The notes beneath the pieces were generated by a model. That model was given only the letters and a program-made list of their open reading frames with translations. It did no database searches and had not been told where the DNA came from. Source: Trypanosoma brucei (taxonomy: Eukaryota). Taken from it: a stretch of DNA of 64,000 nt. Of the stretch, positions 53,001-61,196 are shown piece after piece. The position numbers and the translations under genes were made by a program. Each line of letters starts with the position of its first letter. The stretch's first letter is position 1. The stretch covers positions 1,600,001-1,664,000 of the forward strand of contig CP000071.1 in NCBI GenBank assembly GCA_000002445.1, in the 5' to 3' direction.

Positions 53001-56000
53001 TCAACTGCTGCACCTACTCATAAAAACATGGCGGCCCCATCTGTGGATCCCGCGAAGCAACCAGTTACTTCAATACAGCCGCCGCAGCAACAACCACAAG
53101 TGGGTGCCGTATCACTGAATAGCACATCAGTCATCCCTCAATGTCAATCAAACATCGTACCACGTCAGGCTAGTGGTGAAGAGGTGAGGTCAACGGTGAG
53201 TGTAGAGTGTAAGGATGTTATGCTACGCGTCATGGCTGAGGAAGCAGAAGACATAGGTGTTTGCATGTTTATGGCTCTGGATTTCACTACAACGCGTCAG
53301 CTGGATGATGGTGTACTGAAACAAAACTGTGCCAAAGTGACGTTGAGAGACATTCGCACATCCACAAGGGATGAAGTTGCGCTCCAACCCTCTACGTTTA
53401 CTGTGGCTGTCGCCGGAACCGACAGGGTGTCTGTCACGGGATCTTTAGCATCTCAGGGATTGTGTCTACGCGTGTCGTTGGTGCGTTCTCTCGTTGAGTT
53501 GGTTAAGGACACTATGAGTGCTTTCACTCATGAAGGGGAAGTTCCAGTGTACCCAGTTAATGTGGTGCTCGAGGACGAAAACTTAAAACCGCTTGTCGAT
53601 GTACCCGCACTGGGGGAGTGTCGTATATGCGAGATGCAGTGTGCCAAGCTTGCCACAAGTGAAGAGGGCCCTGGGGTATTGTGCTATCGTTGTTGCACAG
53701 GGAAAATGGCCCTACCAGAAACGAACGTGTGGTTTGCCGTCGACCCCGTTGACATTTTATTGCTGAGCGATAGCGGTGGTATGTTGCAGTTACGCTGTGT
53801 AGCCCCTTTTGAGACATGCTATACGGCGGATAAGGGTCTTCATACCCACATGAAGCTTCAGGTACGCAACCTCAATGACAACGCCGCTGTGTGGGAGCCG
53901 CTTGTGGAGCATATTACGATGACGTTTGGGGGCGATGTGCGGACGTCAGCATACTGGATTAAGGTGGAGAAATTCGACTATGTGTTGTCTCCGATGAACG
54001 TGAAATTACTAAGGAAGCTTTCAGAGGACTTCTCCCCCACATCAGAGCTGCAGAGACAACTTCGAAGGAAGTTCCGCGGGAACGGACACAGTTTACTTCA
54101 AACAGATGATGAGACCTTGGATGAGGTTGGTGGCCGAGGCACTAGTGCCGAAGTAGCAGAGGGGGTTTGTGATGATGGACATAAATATGTGGCGTATGTG
54201 GAGGTGCATAACTATTTCAGTGAATCTTTAGAGTTTGATGGACTACCGATAGAGCCACGCGGACGCTCCGTAGCAACGAATGTGAATAAAAATTATGGTA
54301 CTTTGCGTCGAACACACAGCGTCAGTTCCGTCGGTGTGACTATCAACTGGTTCCGATCGCCTCTGTACGTACGCTACCCCGATATGGTGGTGAGGGTGCA
54401 AACGACGCTTTCGCACAGAGAAGGCTCTAAACGCCTCTTCCGTGTTGTGTCCCTTCGGTGCTACCCGGTTCATCGCACCGACATGATTATTTGTCTGAAG
54501 AACAACGTCAGCACCCACGTGGAGGTCGTAAGCGGCGTGCCCGCTGTAGGCCCGCAGGAGAGTTTCTACTTTCACCCGGACTTCTCGCTTGACCGAAAAC
54601 TTCAGTTGCGACCTGTTCAGACCGTTGATGAAGAGTATACCGAGGCTCTTGCTGTAGGTACTGGTGCAGCCCCAACTTTGAGTTCACTATTGAGCGCCTC
54701 CTCCACCACGCTCCACTCCCGTGGCGTGAAACGGAGGGAGAAACTCTTTGTTTTTACGATACATGAACGGCAGGAGGACATCTGGGCCGGTACACCCATG
54801 TTTGTCATTTCCATTGAACCACATATTTGTATTGAGAACAACCTCCCATGCAGCGTTCGCTTCAGGATCCACAAGGACGGACCGGGAAAGCAGAACCTTT
54901 TCAGTTCTGTAGTGAAGGCAGCGGAGCGTGCTGATGTTATTCAGGGTGAGACAAGTGTGGACAGGGCGTGTTTTCACTTTGAGGTGCATCACGAAGACAA
55001 AGACAGCAATGGTGTGATATACTCGACACCGACACCAGTAAAACTCAAGCCGCGCACAACACATGTTGTTCTTAGGGCTCAACTAGGCGATTCACGCGAG
55101 CTTCGAATCAACGTGCGATGTAAGGACAATAAAATTGTGCTTAGCACGCCGTACTCTATCGTTAACTTTGCGCCGCTTCCGATAGAGCTACGGGAGTGTA
55201 GTTCTTCGGGCGTCGAGATACCATGCGCGGGGACAAATTTTCGCTTTTTACCAAAACAAATGAAAAGTGCGTATCCGGCGTCGCCCCAAAGTGCCGATGC
55301 GCGAGAGTTCTTTGTGAACGTTCACATCATGGACTACGAAGCGCGTGCTATTCCCCTTCACGTGCAAGACAGTAGTGCGATCGTGTTAGGGGAAAGGATG
55401 GATAAAGGATCGGCCGAGAGGGGCACCAGCAATCGCGGTCCTATACTCTTTCACCTAATGTGCACGATGCAAGTGGACATGTACGGCTCACGCTTTGTCA
55501 CCATCGTGCCACGGTGGACCATTGTCAACCGAACACCCCGGGACCTATACGTTGCCCAGGCTTTGTTGGATGCGGCCCCGCCTGGGTCATCTTCTAGTGG
55601 AAAGGACACTCGCACTGTCGGTGGAGTGCCAGATAAAGTTAGTGGAAGGTGTTTCCGTTGCCGTTATGACATCGCTCAACATATACCTCCAAATTCCTCC
55701 ACACCGCTCTTCGTAACGGCTAGGTGCTGCTCGGAGCTGGGCTACGCTGTTTTCGTGCTTGCGGATAAGGGTGCCCGGGTATATGGTAATCCCGTGAGTC
55801 TGGAAGAGGTCGCTAGTGAGTTAGTGGTGGCCCATGGGGTATGTGAGGGTGGGGAAGCTAAGCGGGCCAGTGTGGTTGTAGAAACATCTGTGGTAGTTGA
55901 CGGACCATACACCTTCTTCACTGTGCAAGACCTTCCCGTGTCACCCTATATCCTTCTTAACCGAACACCGCTGTCGTTGGAGTTGCACGGCGCGCATGGC

Positions 56001-58481
56001 CATCGGCTGGCGCGCGTCGGACCCGGTTGCTCAACGCCGTTCGTAATGAACCCGCGTGATAAACCAACCCGCACTCGCATCACCCTCGAGTCGGGAACCT
56101 GGGACACAACCGCTACCGCGGATGTTGGTGAAGAACCCCCCAAATGGGAAGGAGAGCACCCGACCCCCTTCGTCGAGTTCGACTTCGACAGACCCATGAG
56201 ACAGGAAGAAAGGTACAATGAACTAGATATTGAGTATGTTGTTGGCTTTGGGCCATTCGGGCAGCAGATTGTCGAACTTAAAGTCGCCACCAGCGCCGGT
56301 ATGTGTACAACTAGAGGCGCTGCTGGTGGTGGCGTGCTGAACCCCCTGGAATCAGACAGTATTTTGAACGAACGCTCCCTCCGCGTGTATCAGCCACCAC
56401 CCCCGACTCCATTAGATGTGGTTATGAACTTGTCCTATGTTACCTGTTCGCTTGTGACGATGGACCAAGAAATTCTTCTTGTTGCAATCGAAGATGTTCG
56501 TTGCCACGTTACCAGAAAGGATACTAAGGAAACGGTTAATTTCACTGTGAAGAATATTCAAATCGACAACCAATGTGAGGAGAAACCAGTATATGAGGTT
56601 TGCCTTGTGGCTATCCGCGCCGCTAACGATGTGCAGTGCATTTCTGCCTATGTGGAACGTGAGATAGTTCCCGCCCGGGCGCTGCTTTGTGTGAATCAAG
56701 TTTGTCTCAACGTTGTTCCGATTGCTGTTCGATTATCTGATAACGTGCTAGTCGCAATTGCCAGCTTTGGGGCGCAGCTCACTGTAGAGCAACCCATGCG
56801 CGCTCAAGCTCCGACGGAACAGGAGCTCTTTGATAACGCCCCAGTAACCGTGGGTGCCATGAACACACGTGTAATCCTTCGGTGCATGGTTGTAAACCCG
56901 TTGGAAGTGCGAGTATGGTTCGAACGCGAGGCCGGTGGGCATGACTTCATTCGGGAGCATGTGCGTGTTCGAACCGCAGCATTGCTGTCCATGATGATTC
57001 AGTCATGTGAAGATGTGCATATCAATTTGCCTGGCCTCAACATAGAGAGACGCTCCGGTAGTGCAGGTGTACTTTGGGAGTGGCTTCTGAAAGTATACTG
57101 GGATAAGTCCTATACGCTTATGGCAGGCTTGTTCTACCAATACGCTTCTTCTCTTCCGCTAATCGGAGCTCCTATCAAACTGTTCTCCGGTTTTGGCGCC
57201 GGTGCACTCAAGTTCTTCCAGGAGCCCGTCGCCGGTTTGCAGGAGTCACCAAAGGCGTTTGCCCGTGGCTTGGCAGCTGGCTCCGCCGCTTTGCTGAGGG
57301 AAACTGCCGGTGGAGGACTCGGCGCCGTATCAAACCTCGCAAAAACCGGTGCTAGCATTATAGATGTCTTTGGAGATGGTTCTCGTACCTCCTCGCGTAG
57401 TGGTGGAGCTGGAGCGTGTGTACTGCATGGCCTTGCCAGCGGTGTTAAAGGTGTTGTGAACGCGCCTGTGGAGGGAGCCACTCAGGGTGGTGCTCGCGGT
57501 TTGCTTTTTGGGATGGGTAAAGGAGCGCTTGGACTCGTGACTAAACCCGTTGCGGGTCTGTTGGCAGATGTTTCCCGACTGACAGGCACAGCGGCAAGGG
57601 CATGCGACTCCTCTCACCTTCCCAAGGTAAGGCGTCGAAGGGGGTTGCGTGAATTTCATGCGAATGGAGCGGTGGCCGAGCGCAACTCGCTGCTCACCGT
57701 CTTTGAGTACGAGCGCGGGGAGCATGACGGTTCGAAGTGGACGGTTGGGTCTGAGAGTTCGTGGTCTGATGACAAACCGCAGTGGTTGCCGTGTACAAAG
57801 GAACAGATGCAACGAAAGCAGGGAGGGGGACCGCGGCCAGATATGTGGCAGGTTCAACGCTATGGCACGAATTTTGAGGGGTGGAAGTACAGCAAAAATT
57901 ATCATGGTAAATATACCAGAGAACAGCTCCCGAGGTCGAAGGTCCGACGTCGACGTTGGGTGTCGGTAATCAGACCAATGCCCACCTCAGCCATACTCCG
58001 ACTTGTACACATTGCTACTAAAAACCCAACGTGCACCTCCTCTTCCGATTCCGTATCAGATGGCGTTTTCTGCTCTGCACAACTCAAACATGGATCCGTG
58101 TCGTCGGCAACAGCATCTTCTTTTAGGGGCTCGAGTGGTTCTCCCGCGGACGATTCATTTCCCGGAACAAAATTCAAACCCGAGAGCCCCAAGGAGGCCT
58201 TTCGTACGGTGGTGCTCTACGAATACGAGGCAAAGGTTGTGTTTGTTTGGTCAAGCAGGGTTTTACCGCAAGGTCGTTCCCCGTGGGAGGACTCTGAGGG
58301 TTGCCGTGTGCAGCGCAGATCCGACTACAACCCCCCACACGGTTGGTCGTGGGATTCCGATTGGTTCCTCTCCAGGGGTGCCGCCGGTCCTGACGGATGG
58401 GAATACGTTGGAAAAGAGAGTCACACCTCTACCGAGTTGAGGCGCCGTTGCTGGAAGCGAAGAATCCGAAAGGTGCTGTAG
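44049..58481 (+). CDS. VPS13: VPS13-like bridge-type lipid transfer protein (4810 aa) with two C-terminal Trp-rich DysF-like modules
   Basis: Uninterrupted 14.4-kb ORF. The N-terminal chorein-N domain MLEKYLSSIIVPYLSQFVENLDSKQLNVDLWNGNVVLKDLMLKKSVLEAL…VVMEIGELLICVKG aligns with yeast and human VPS13. The length is typical of the family. The last ~260 aa carry motifs …GWKY…KVRRRRWVSVIRP and …WSWDSDWF…DGWEYVGK…RRRCWKRRIRK. Confidence 0.9.
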   Translation: MLEKYLSSIIVPYLSQFVENLDSKQLNVDLWNGNVVLKDLMLKKSVLEALIQGDPIGDNFSFEGATKAAPTPGVNPAPRLPLTVQRGICKRVNLVVPYTQLRSKPVVMEIGELLICVKGNTECRDVVLSKAAKLDAAAARKSRELEQFEAERRRTRENNANNSAGAAAATSAGAAADTTEKAPGATTGASVTSSATEKGKGKDGYLSRLGELVVNNIVIKVQSVHVRYEDEATKTVAGVILGDVRLFTVDLFTGNEKFVDPVGMRRMTKRLEFAGLQCYCDDPARYELNPHGFFISRVNDMSKWVIAMRERVEEGDVEHSTIVGPVKGHVDVNLILKNFIRDLIWEPYLKVRMRLDSFQSKFNRAQYLTLIRTISLLSNWTSLTEVLSRRPNVPVTGNACAWWRYAIKAVRSVTAAPKRERLLQRISEVCIVDYHVLYRDVVRKTEMSPEKQRAYRFITRFMTVPDMIAGRKYVYAQLANAIQLKRKDTEAKKAEAQPAEEGPKKGGWLSWIRRQHNDPEPQEDEEARALEELEREYGLDPGEANGSDTGEENEEEKLPESYCWFDAQFELSMHHTTLYLSKTQKLDLVLHDVGLLVKTFNAPNSVQVRIVTDNLTLSNPVEDETLRERLPSLVEGLPFRCGPSSEDLGVVTERSRSWNSVPLLECSAALNPVEQPIEDTHLDFTMNMRLLPLRVVADPPTIDAIVRFFHVPKGLDVGYVVGRTKDFALTVGQAASTELRQAMTNTKGYKISLDAAGPHIIFPKTLRGALDEPALAVSLGHAMFDTQPLTETEKQQRLLAAQAGGQNEEWHYYSSTADFSKFFIELGTLGSVLERQGSGFMLVPEIAYSASVLQLIDRDMANNREWLIVRMVVPKLCMACSVGQAHVLSNMVEQWVAYLAAAGTEDDNDPVAMPSVDTAVLGAEKLLAAAGSPGGIGPTVGVGGSTSAGAPSAEGSYFNSCTGNASRPRKAKNSESDSDDALASTTPVVALRTQADLPYVRLHATIEELGISIFEDDLETRQPLVAPRFTMAFRTALMTLHVRTQKQLLEMVLNDPYCLDAREPDHLVIAGPSIHCNAEMAADMPMHVDIVMQPPLKFCLNTSCMELLEAVVDITNLIATTSDAIPQLTRSDEGGVDTVKFERGAKIPLDVMQELQIKQVQHMFGMPDTPVVQMSLRIAGIATVELMERCVERQPSQEQSAGKGERQPRDYPIAYATFKEVNLFLRKNSVTMEVNGSVQQVEVSLSEVHDVSPSNRVVLQRRVAPPHASPIKSKVTEPLETGATVAVAAMSPGSGSGQLASSQENLPPRLQSSESEQRQHLTFTYRTSRPVMPIFQTGADGKRKLTNVSELRFSGFAELEFSSSDIHLDIHSVIVLSQYFCTGLFAELSGLSLRTRYDGRVPAGPSLIEPPQLLTSVRVFAQDLTFNLPVDARVENDIERFRVSVDHVAVQSSLLSAEEKQSMNISLREIRLLHGFPHGVDAERMQSAAEGKVLMPTTSLDVSLKSPLDQLSDEPLRVELRGDELVLALTEGDIVDLCRLISGNLTRAPPPPPPAPPRLQSLTGSRRESSEVGEARLPSVAACSPQEITEAQSGAHVVWRAGRLTLSLLDTSSSGARFRLEGNGFTFDQRAPGGELSLRWDKLELHDVYEETCRATMLLCGCGRVELGNLPAPWCDPCKGANKEGMNDQVDKINATTGDGTSSVDFEDLTPEQLHQLLQEQLNQPQDSASAGGLSRDFVDIQTLVVDFTLERFAVSDQWLAVYDFVCNQAVVEALQHVASTDDSVPPRRLCQGFKEPSEGMEGAKPFRCIVTTRAVNVPFLTISREEFLEADITSLHADVITYLNTTTVTVRMHDLVVRHSASGERVLFKKHDTDDLHLSSFDNTQENLLLTGINSARSPRTPAGGTTTAPAAALTNPTTTTASPNQPVGTATPDILNLRCHIGGTPENPQQRVRIAVGELATLFSAPLVAQIVEYCAQPEQPIAKISNLGVMREQRERLARAADQMVNNGAINVQVLWQQPCIIFAGNAQELANKSRNIEAHLGLMGSEILFDKRSGSCTVSTKVVGVSIPEMLEETTVRLRYKLEERNADISVVVDKATALLHPVGVEKLLWVIQWNLMVPPDDSGNSVANNVTHSGAVAGACEKEGIKEPNVLNERKEQVVGERSTDLVEEPITQNIHVEASSIVLAMHDVLGLHVHTTALGGLKIHVNAAGDVDIAVKSVTTVEHFTNQRLMEACGEGALTVHVKSAEKTTSVCMAEVNFRVVPKAVGSLLNMLLSVQLPPPLPSVSGVPTTVLPSETGWEHRLSVRLNCCRTLALHDGQEVFLAEYKDLNVDLCSFADASSTLTVSIGWLVVQNLYSKKVKGSELMLPMDGEENGSPAVIDFVLTTSPPNNRSVTRDCDCAAAPCYVQQLRCRISSFLIVSVPDVTYAAVQVTADILGNISDVNRGKAYDYVAEKTAQQIRERQQLTEVEVAIGRPCIKLLDAVDSQNVVEVFLGDFVVRNKLRCAAAQGSNVAMCAPHAEVFSLSINRLSLNILGGSAFNHSSSIEVEFSRLITDDVIPTVASDESVGVPNDEMMSLNVSVPMLSARLTEAQLNTLLDVVGAFSSFGCSPPVWGDSCGAFPSSHSQGASGHHDGSMSATSFHTSSVVSPSGGAAGKRRAKDPLLGLQVQGAAHGCGLPTGDVNVTAATADGTITNSESVTNEVSTSMKISAVMQRLVANIDDKFEITVDHLTVEQVTTSRLSRTANGNDNSNAVPVPPLTNSNSKLFLEGLVIRHCSWGSFDDNNERASLFASRDVEVASVTVMSVNGNSRETDSSTTVRLGCLHTTITPQILVDARNILYGPFCMKVARTPLSPIPICRLTDDVYVLKSNLSLDPTHILITGNKSRCSYVLDLNQYKLCILGPPAPHIVLDDNCELTITNGCIVVPGMYALSSFVSFGGNASVFTTKSCVIEKIAHHDRVVAAVFRPVRRRSRGGVESTAAPTHKNMAAPSVDPAKQPVTSIQPPQQQPQVGAVSLNSTSVIPQCQSNIVPRQASGEEVRSTVSVECKDVMLRVMAEEAEDIGVCMFMALDFTTTRQLDDGVLKQNCAKVTLRDIRTSTRDEVALQPSTFTVAVAGTDRVSVTGSLASQGLCLRVSLVRSLVELVKDTMSAFTHEGEVPVYPVNVVLEDENLKPLVDVPALGECRICEMQCAKLATSEEGPGVLCYRCCTGKMALPETNVWFAVDPVDILLLSDSGGMLQLRCVAPFETCYTADKGLHTHMKLQVRNLNDNAAVWEPLVEHITMTFGGDVRTSAYWIKVEKFDYVLSPMNVKLLRKLSEDFSPTSELQRQLRRKFRGNGHSLLQTDDETLDEVGGRGTSAEVAEGVCDDGHKYVAYVEVHNYFSESLEFDGLPIEPRGRSVATNVNKNYGTLRRTHSVSSVGVTINWFRSPLYVRYPDMVVRVQTTLSHREGSKRLFRVVSLRCYPVHRTDMIICLKNNVSTHVEVVSGVPAVGPQESFYFHPDFSLDRKLQLRPVQTVDEEYTEALAVGTGAAPTLSSLLSASSTTLHSRGVKRREKLFVFTIHERQEDIWAGTPMFVISIEPHICIENNLPCSVRFRIHKDGPGKQNLFSSVVKAAERADVIQGETSVDRACFHFEVHHEDKDSNGVIYSTPTPVKLKPRTTHVVLRAQLGDSRELRINVRCKDNKIVLSTPYSIVNFAPLPIELRECSSSGVEIPCAGTNFRFLPKQMKSAYPASPQSADAREFFVNVHIMDYEARAIPLHVQDSSAIVLGERMDKGSAERGTSNRGPILFHLMCTMQVDMYGSRFVTIVPRWTIVNRTPRDLYVAQALLDAAPPGSSSSGKDTRTVGGVPDKVSGRCFRCRYDIAQHIPPNSSTPLFVTARCCSELGYAVFVLADKGARVYGNPVSLEEVASELVVAHGVCEGGEAKRASVVVETSVVVDGPYTFFTVQDLPVSPYILLNRTPLSLELHGAHGHRLARVGPGCSTPFVMNPRDKPTRTRITLESGTWDTTATADVGEEPPKWEGEHPTPFVEFDFDRPMRQEERYNELDIEYVVGFGPFGQQIVELKVATSAGMCTTRGAAGGGVLNPLESDSILNERSLRVYQPPPPTPLDVVMNLSYVTCSLVTMDQEILLVAIEDVRCHVTRKDTKETVNFTVKNIQIDNQCEEKPVYEVCLVAIRAANDVQCISAYVEREIVPARALLCVNQVCLNVVPIAVRLSDNVLVAIASFGAQLTVEQPMRAQAPTEQELFDNAPVTVGAMNTRVILRCMVVNPLEVRVWFEREAGGHDFIREHVRVRTAALLSMMIQSCEDVHINLPGLNIERRSGSAGVLWEWLLKVYWDKSYTLMAGLFYQYASSLPLIGAPIKLFSGFGAGALKFFQEPVAGLQESPKAFARGLAAGSAALLRETAGGGLGAVSNLAKTGASIIDVFGDGSRTSSRSGGAGACVLHGLASGVKGVVNAPVEGATQGGARGLLFGMGKGALGLVTKPVAGLLADVSRLTGTAARACDSSHLPKVRRRRGLREFHANGAVAERNSLLTVFEYERGEHDGSKWTVGSESSWSDDKPQWLPCTKEQMQRKQGGGPRPDMWQVQRYGTNFEGWKYSKNYHGKYTREQLPRSKVRRRRWVSVIRPMPTSAILRLVHIATKNPTCTSSSDSVSDGVFCSAQLKHGSVSSATASSFRGSSGSPADDSFPGTKFKPESPKEAFRTVVLYEYEAKVVFVWSSRVLPQGRSPWEDSEGCRVQRRSDYNPPHGWSWDSDWFLSRGAAGPDGWEYVGKESHTSTELRRRCWKRRIRKVL

Positions 58482-60697
58482 TGGTTTTTGGTTGCTTTGG
58501 TTTAAGCGGGTGAGGGTCTATTGGATGCTGAAGCAGTGTACGAAGGGGGGGGGACGTATAGTGGGGCGGGTATTTATATGTGAAACAGAGTACACTATGA
58601 TGGCAATGGCGGGAAGCAGATAGGAAACCAGGTAAAGGGGGAGGAACATCTGAGATAACAAAATGATGGATGATGTGGGTATGTATGTGTGTGTGTGGAG
58701 GGGGAAATGGTACAGTGGCGCTGCAAAACTAGAGCCCTCGTACCCTTCGTCGCTTCTTTTGTTATCGGTATTATTGTTAGTAGGTGAAGCTTTGATGCGT
58801 AGTATTGCGACTGTGGAGGAATAAAGCGTGTGAAGTAGCGGACAGCCAGAGAGACTGTATGGAAGCACGGAAGGACGTGATTAGCTGGTCGCAACTGCGC
58901 TTATATAAGTAGTATATATGCATTTATACACCCCCAACTGTTGTTGAGGGTGAATTAGGGCGGCCGCATTTAACGTTTTCTTTTTCCCGTTTCTCTCTCG
59001 TTTTTTTTTGCTTGCTATATGGTTAAAGCGTCTTTTACTGTTTTACTTCCCTTTTGAGTATGAACACTTTCCCCTTCTCAGCCCTTCACTTGTTTACCCT
59101 GTTTTTGCGTGCCGTGAAGTGGGGGCGTTCTGACGGGTTTTACTCAGTCGTTGCCTGCAAGTGTGATTTAGGCACGTGTCGTTCTCTTGTAACTATAACC
59201 GTGGGGGTTCAGGATCCTTTTTGTTCTTTTTCTTTTTCTGTCTATAATTAAGTGAATTCTTCACATAGTTCCTTCACTTTCTCCTCCTTTCACTCCCTGT
59301 TGCTTTGCTCTTTACACAGGGGAGAGGAGAAACCTTTCGCTTTCCTTTCCATGTGCTACCATTTTTGGTAACCGTAGCCTTCCCACACTTCTCCAAAAGG
59401 GAAAGGTTGTCAGCGAGGTCGGATTCCGCGAATATTTTGGAGTAATCGCTGATATGTTTAAAACGAAGGGGAGTGGGTGGGTGTAAAAGTAAAATAGTGA
59501 AGGCGGGTGGGGAAAGACTATCTGAGGGGGGAAGAACCTGAGACTAGTGTGATATCGTTGTTGTTGTTGCTTTAAAGTTGATTGGGAGGCTTTCACAATT
59601 TGTTTTCCATTTTCACTGCTATGCTTCGCCCCACGGTGTGGTTGCGGTAACACAATGAATTTCATTAACCAACTCGCTTGGTATTACTCTTCTATTTTTC
59701 TTTCGGAATGGTCCTTGCTTATCTCATTAACGCGAACCTCTGACTATAGCATTGTAGGAGGGGGGGGAAGGAAACAGAAGTAAAAGGAAAAGTAACGGAA
59801 GAGCACAAAGTAGGTACCACCAGATAAGGGTTTGTAAAGTGGGGAAAAGAATAGAGAATTACACGTATATATACATATCTATCAACATATATATATATAT
59901 TGATATATTCCCGCGTACGGGAGAAGTTGGAACGCGATTGCGCAGCATCGTCGGCTCCGGTAAGGGGGGGGGGAAATACTTCCGAACGGTGACTAGTTGA
60001 AGAAACAAATAAAACACTACACCTGGTGTAACTACTATCCCTTTCTTTTTCTTTTGAAGTGAGTAAAGGGTTTGGGCGGAGAATCTCTCGTCAAACAGCG
60101 GCAACCGAAGGGGAAAAAGGGGGACCAGGAACATATAACTGTTAACTCATTCGCCTGCCAACTCATGCCAAGTAGTACCACACGTGGCACAATGCCTCAA
60201 GAGCCAACACGGGGTGACAGGGCCCCGCCCCGCCGCCCCGCCGGTTCCTCTGACCACGATCACAAGGCCCCATCCGGCTTCCCAGTGCTTCAAGGAAATT
60301 CATCCAAACCGACGAATTAAACACCATGAGGTAGTGGTGGTATGAGCGTTGGTTGGTTTAGGTTTTCACCATCGTTGTACCAAGTGTATTAGTAAAAACG
60401 AACAGGGATAAACTGCATTATATAACGTATGAAAATACATTGTGCGCTGAAAGGAATGCATCGTGGAACAGTGAAGGGCTGTTCCGTTCACGAGCAGTTA
60501 TTGAGGGGCAAGGGGAAGAAAACTCGTGATACGCATTGTAGACAGCTAATGAACACTTAACACAAGTGTATTGAGCGGTGGCCACAGCTGAAACGAAAAC
60601 AAACATATTGGCACGCCAAAAACTTTCGGTAAAATGGGGAGGTAGTAGGAGGAAGTGGGGAGAGGCGGGCAAGCGCGACTTTTTCTCTTTCCCTCCC

Positions 60698-60718
60698 CAT
60701 CATCATCATCATCATCAT
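60698..60718 (+). repeat. (CAT)7 microsatellite in intergenic region
   Basis: Directly visible: catcatcatcatcatcatcat. Confidence 0.9.
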
Positions 60719-61196
60719 TTTAGTTCAATTAGTTTTCACAGTTTTACGTTTTGAATGCGTGGATGTGCCCATGATTTGTTGCCGTGGATCCCACGTGGGC
60801 GCGCATATAAACTACATGTTGATATGAAATTTGCTCTTTCCCTGTCCGTTAAACATAGCTAACCTGTTTGGCACCTTGCGTTCCCACCCGTGCACTAAGT
60901 TACTTGTACCCACTTTTTATTTTGTTTTATTCCTGACACAACCCCCGACTAGGAAGGTTAGCAGTACGTTTGAGAAACAGAAAAAAACAAAAGAGGGTGG
61001 TAACGTAGCCGGTCACTTAACCGGGGCTGGTAATACGCAGTGTTGCCCGGTAGAAAGCGCGAAGAGAAGTAATAAGGGTAAGGATTAAAAGATACGGGAG
61101 GGATATTCAAAAAAATAGTAATAGAAGAGCTATAAAAAGTATCACATAAATCGGTTGGAGGTGAGAGATAGCACTGGCAACATTTGCCTAACGATT

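Noticed and set aside
44084-57905. Dozens of 60-224 aa ORFs on both strands inside the VPS13-like gene (e.g. 51959..52633 minus, 224 aa)
   Set aside because: They are internal alternate-frame or antisense ORFs inside a 14.4-kb CDS. They are expected by chance in GC-rich coding DNA.
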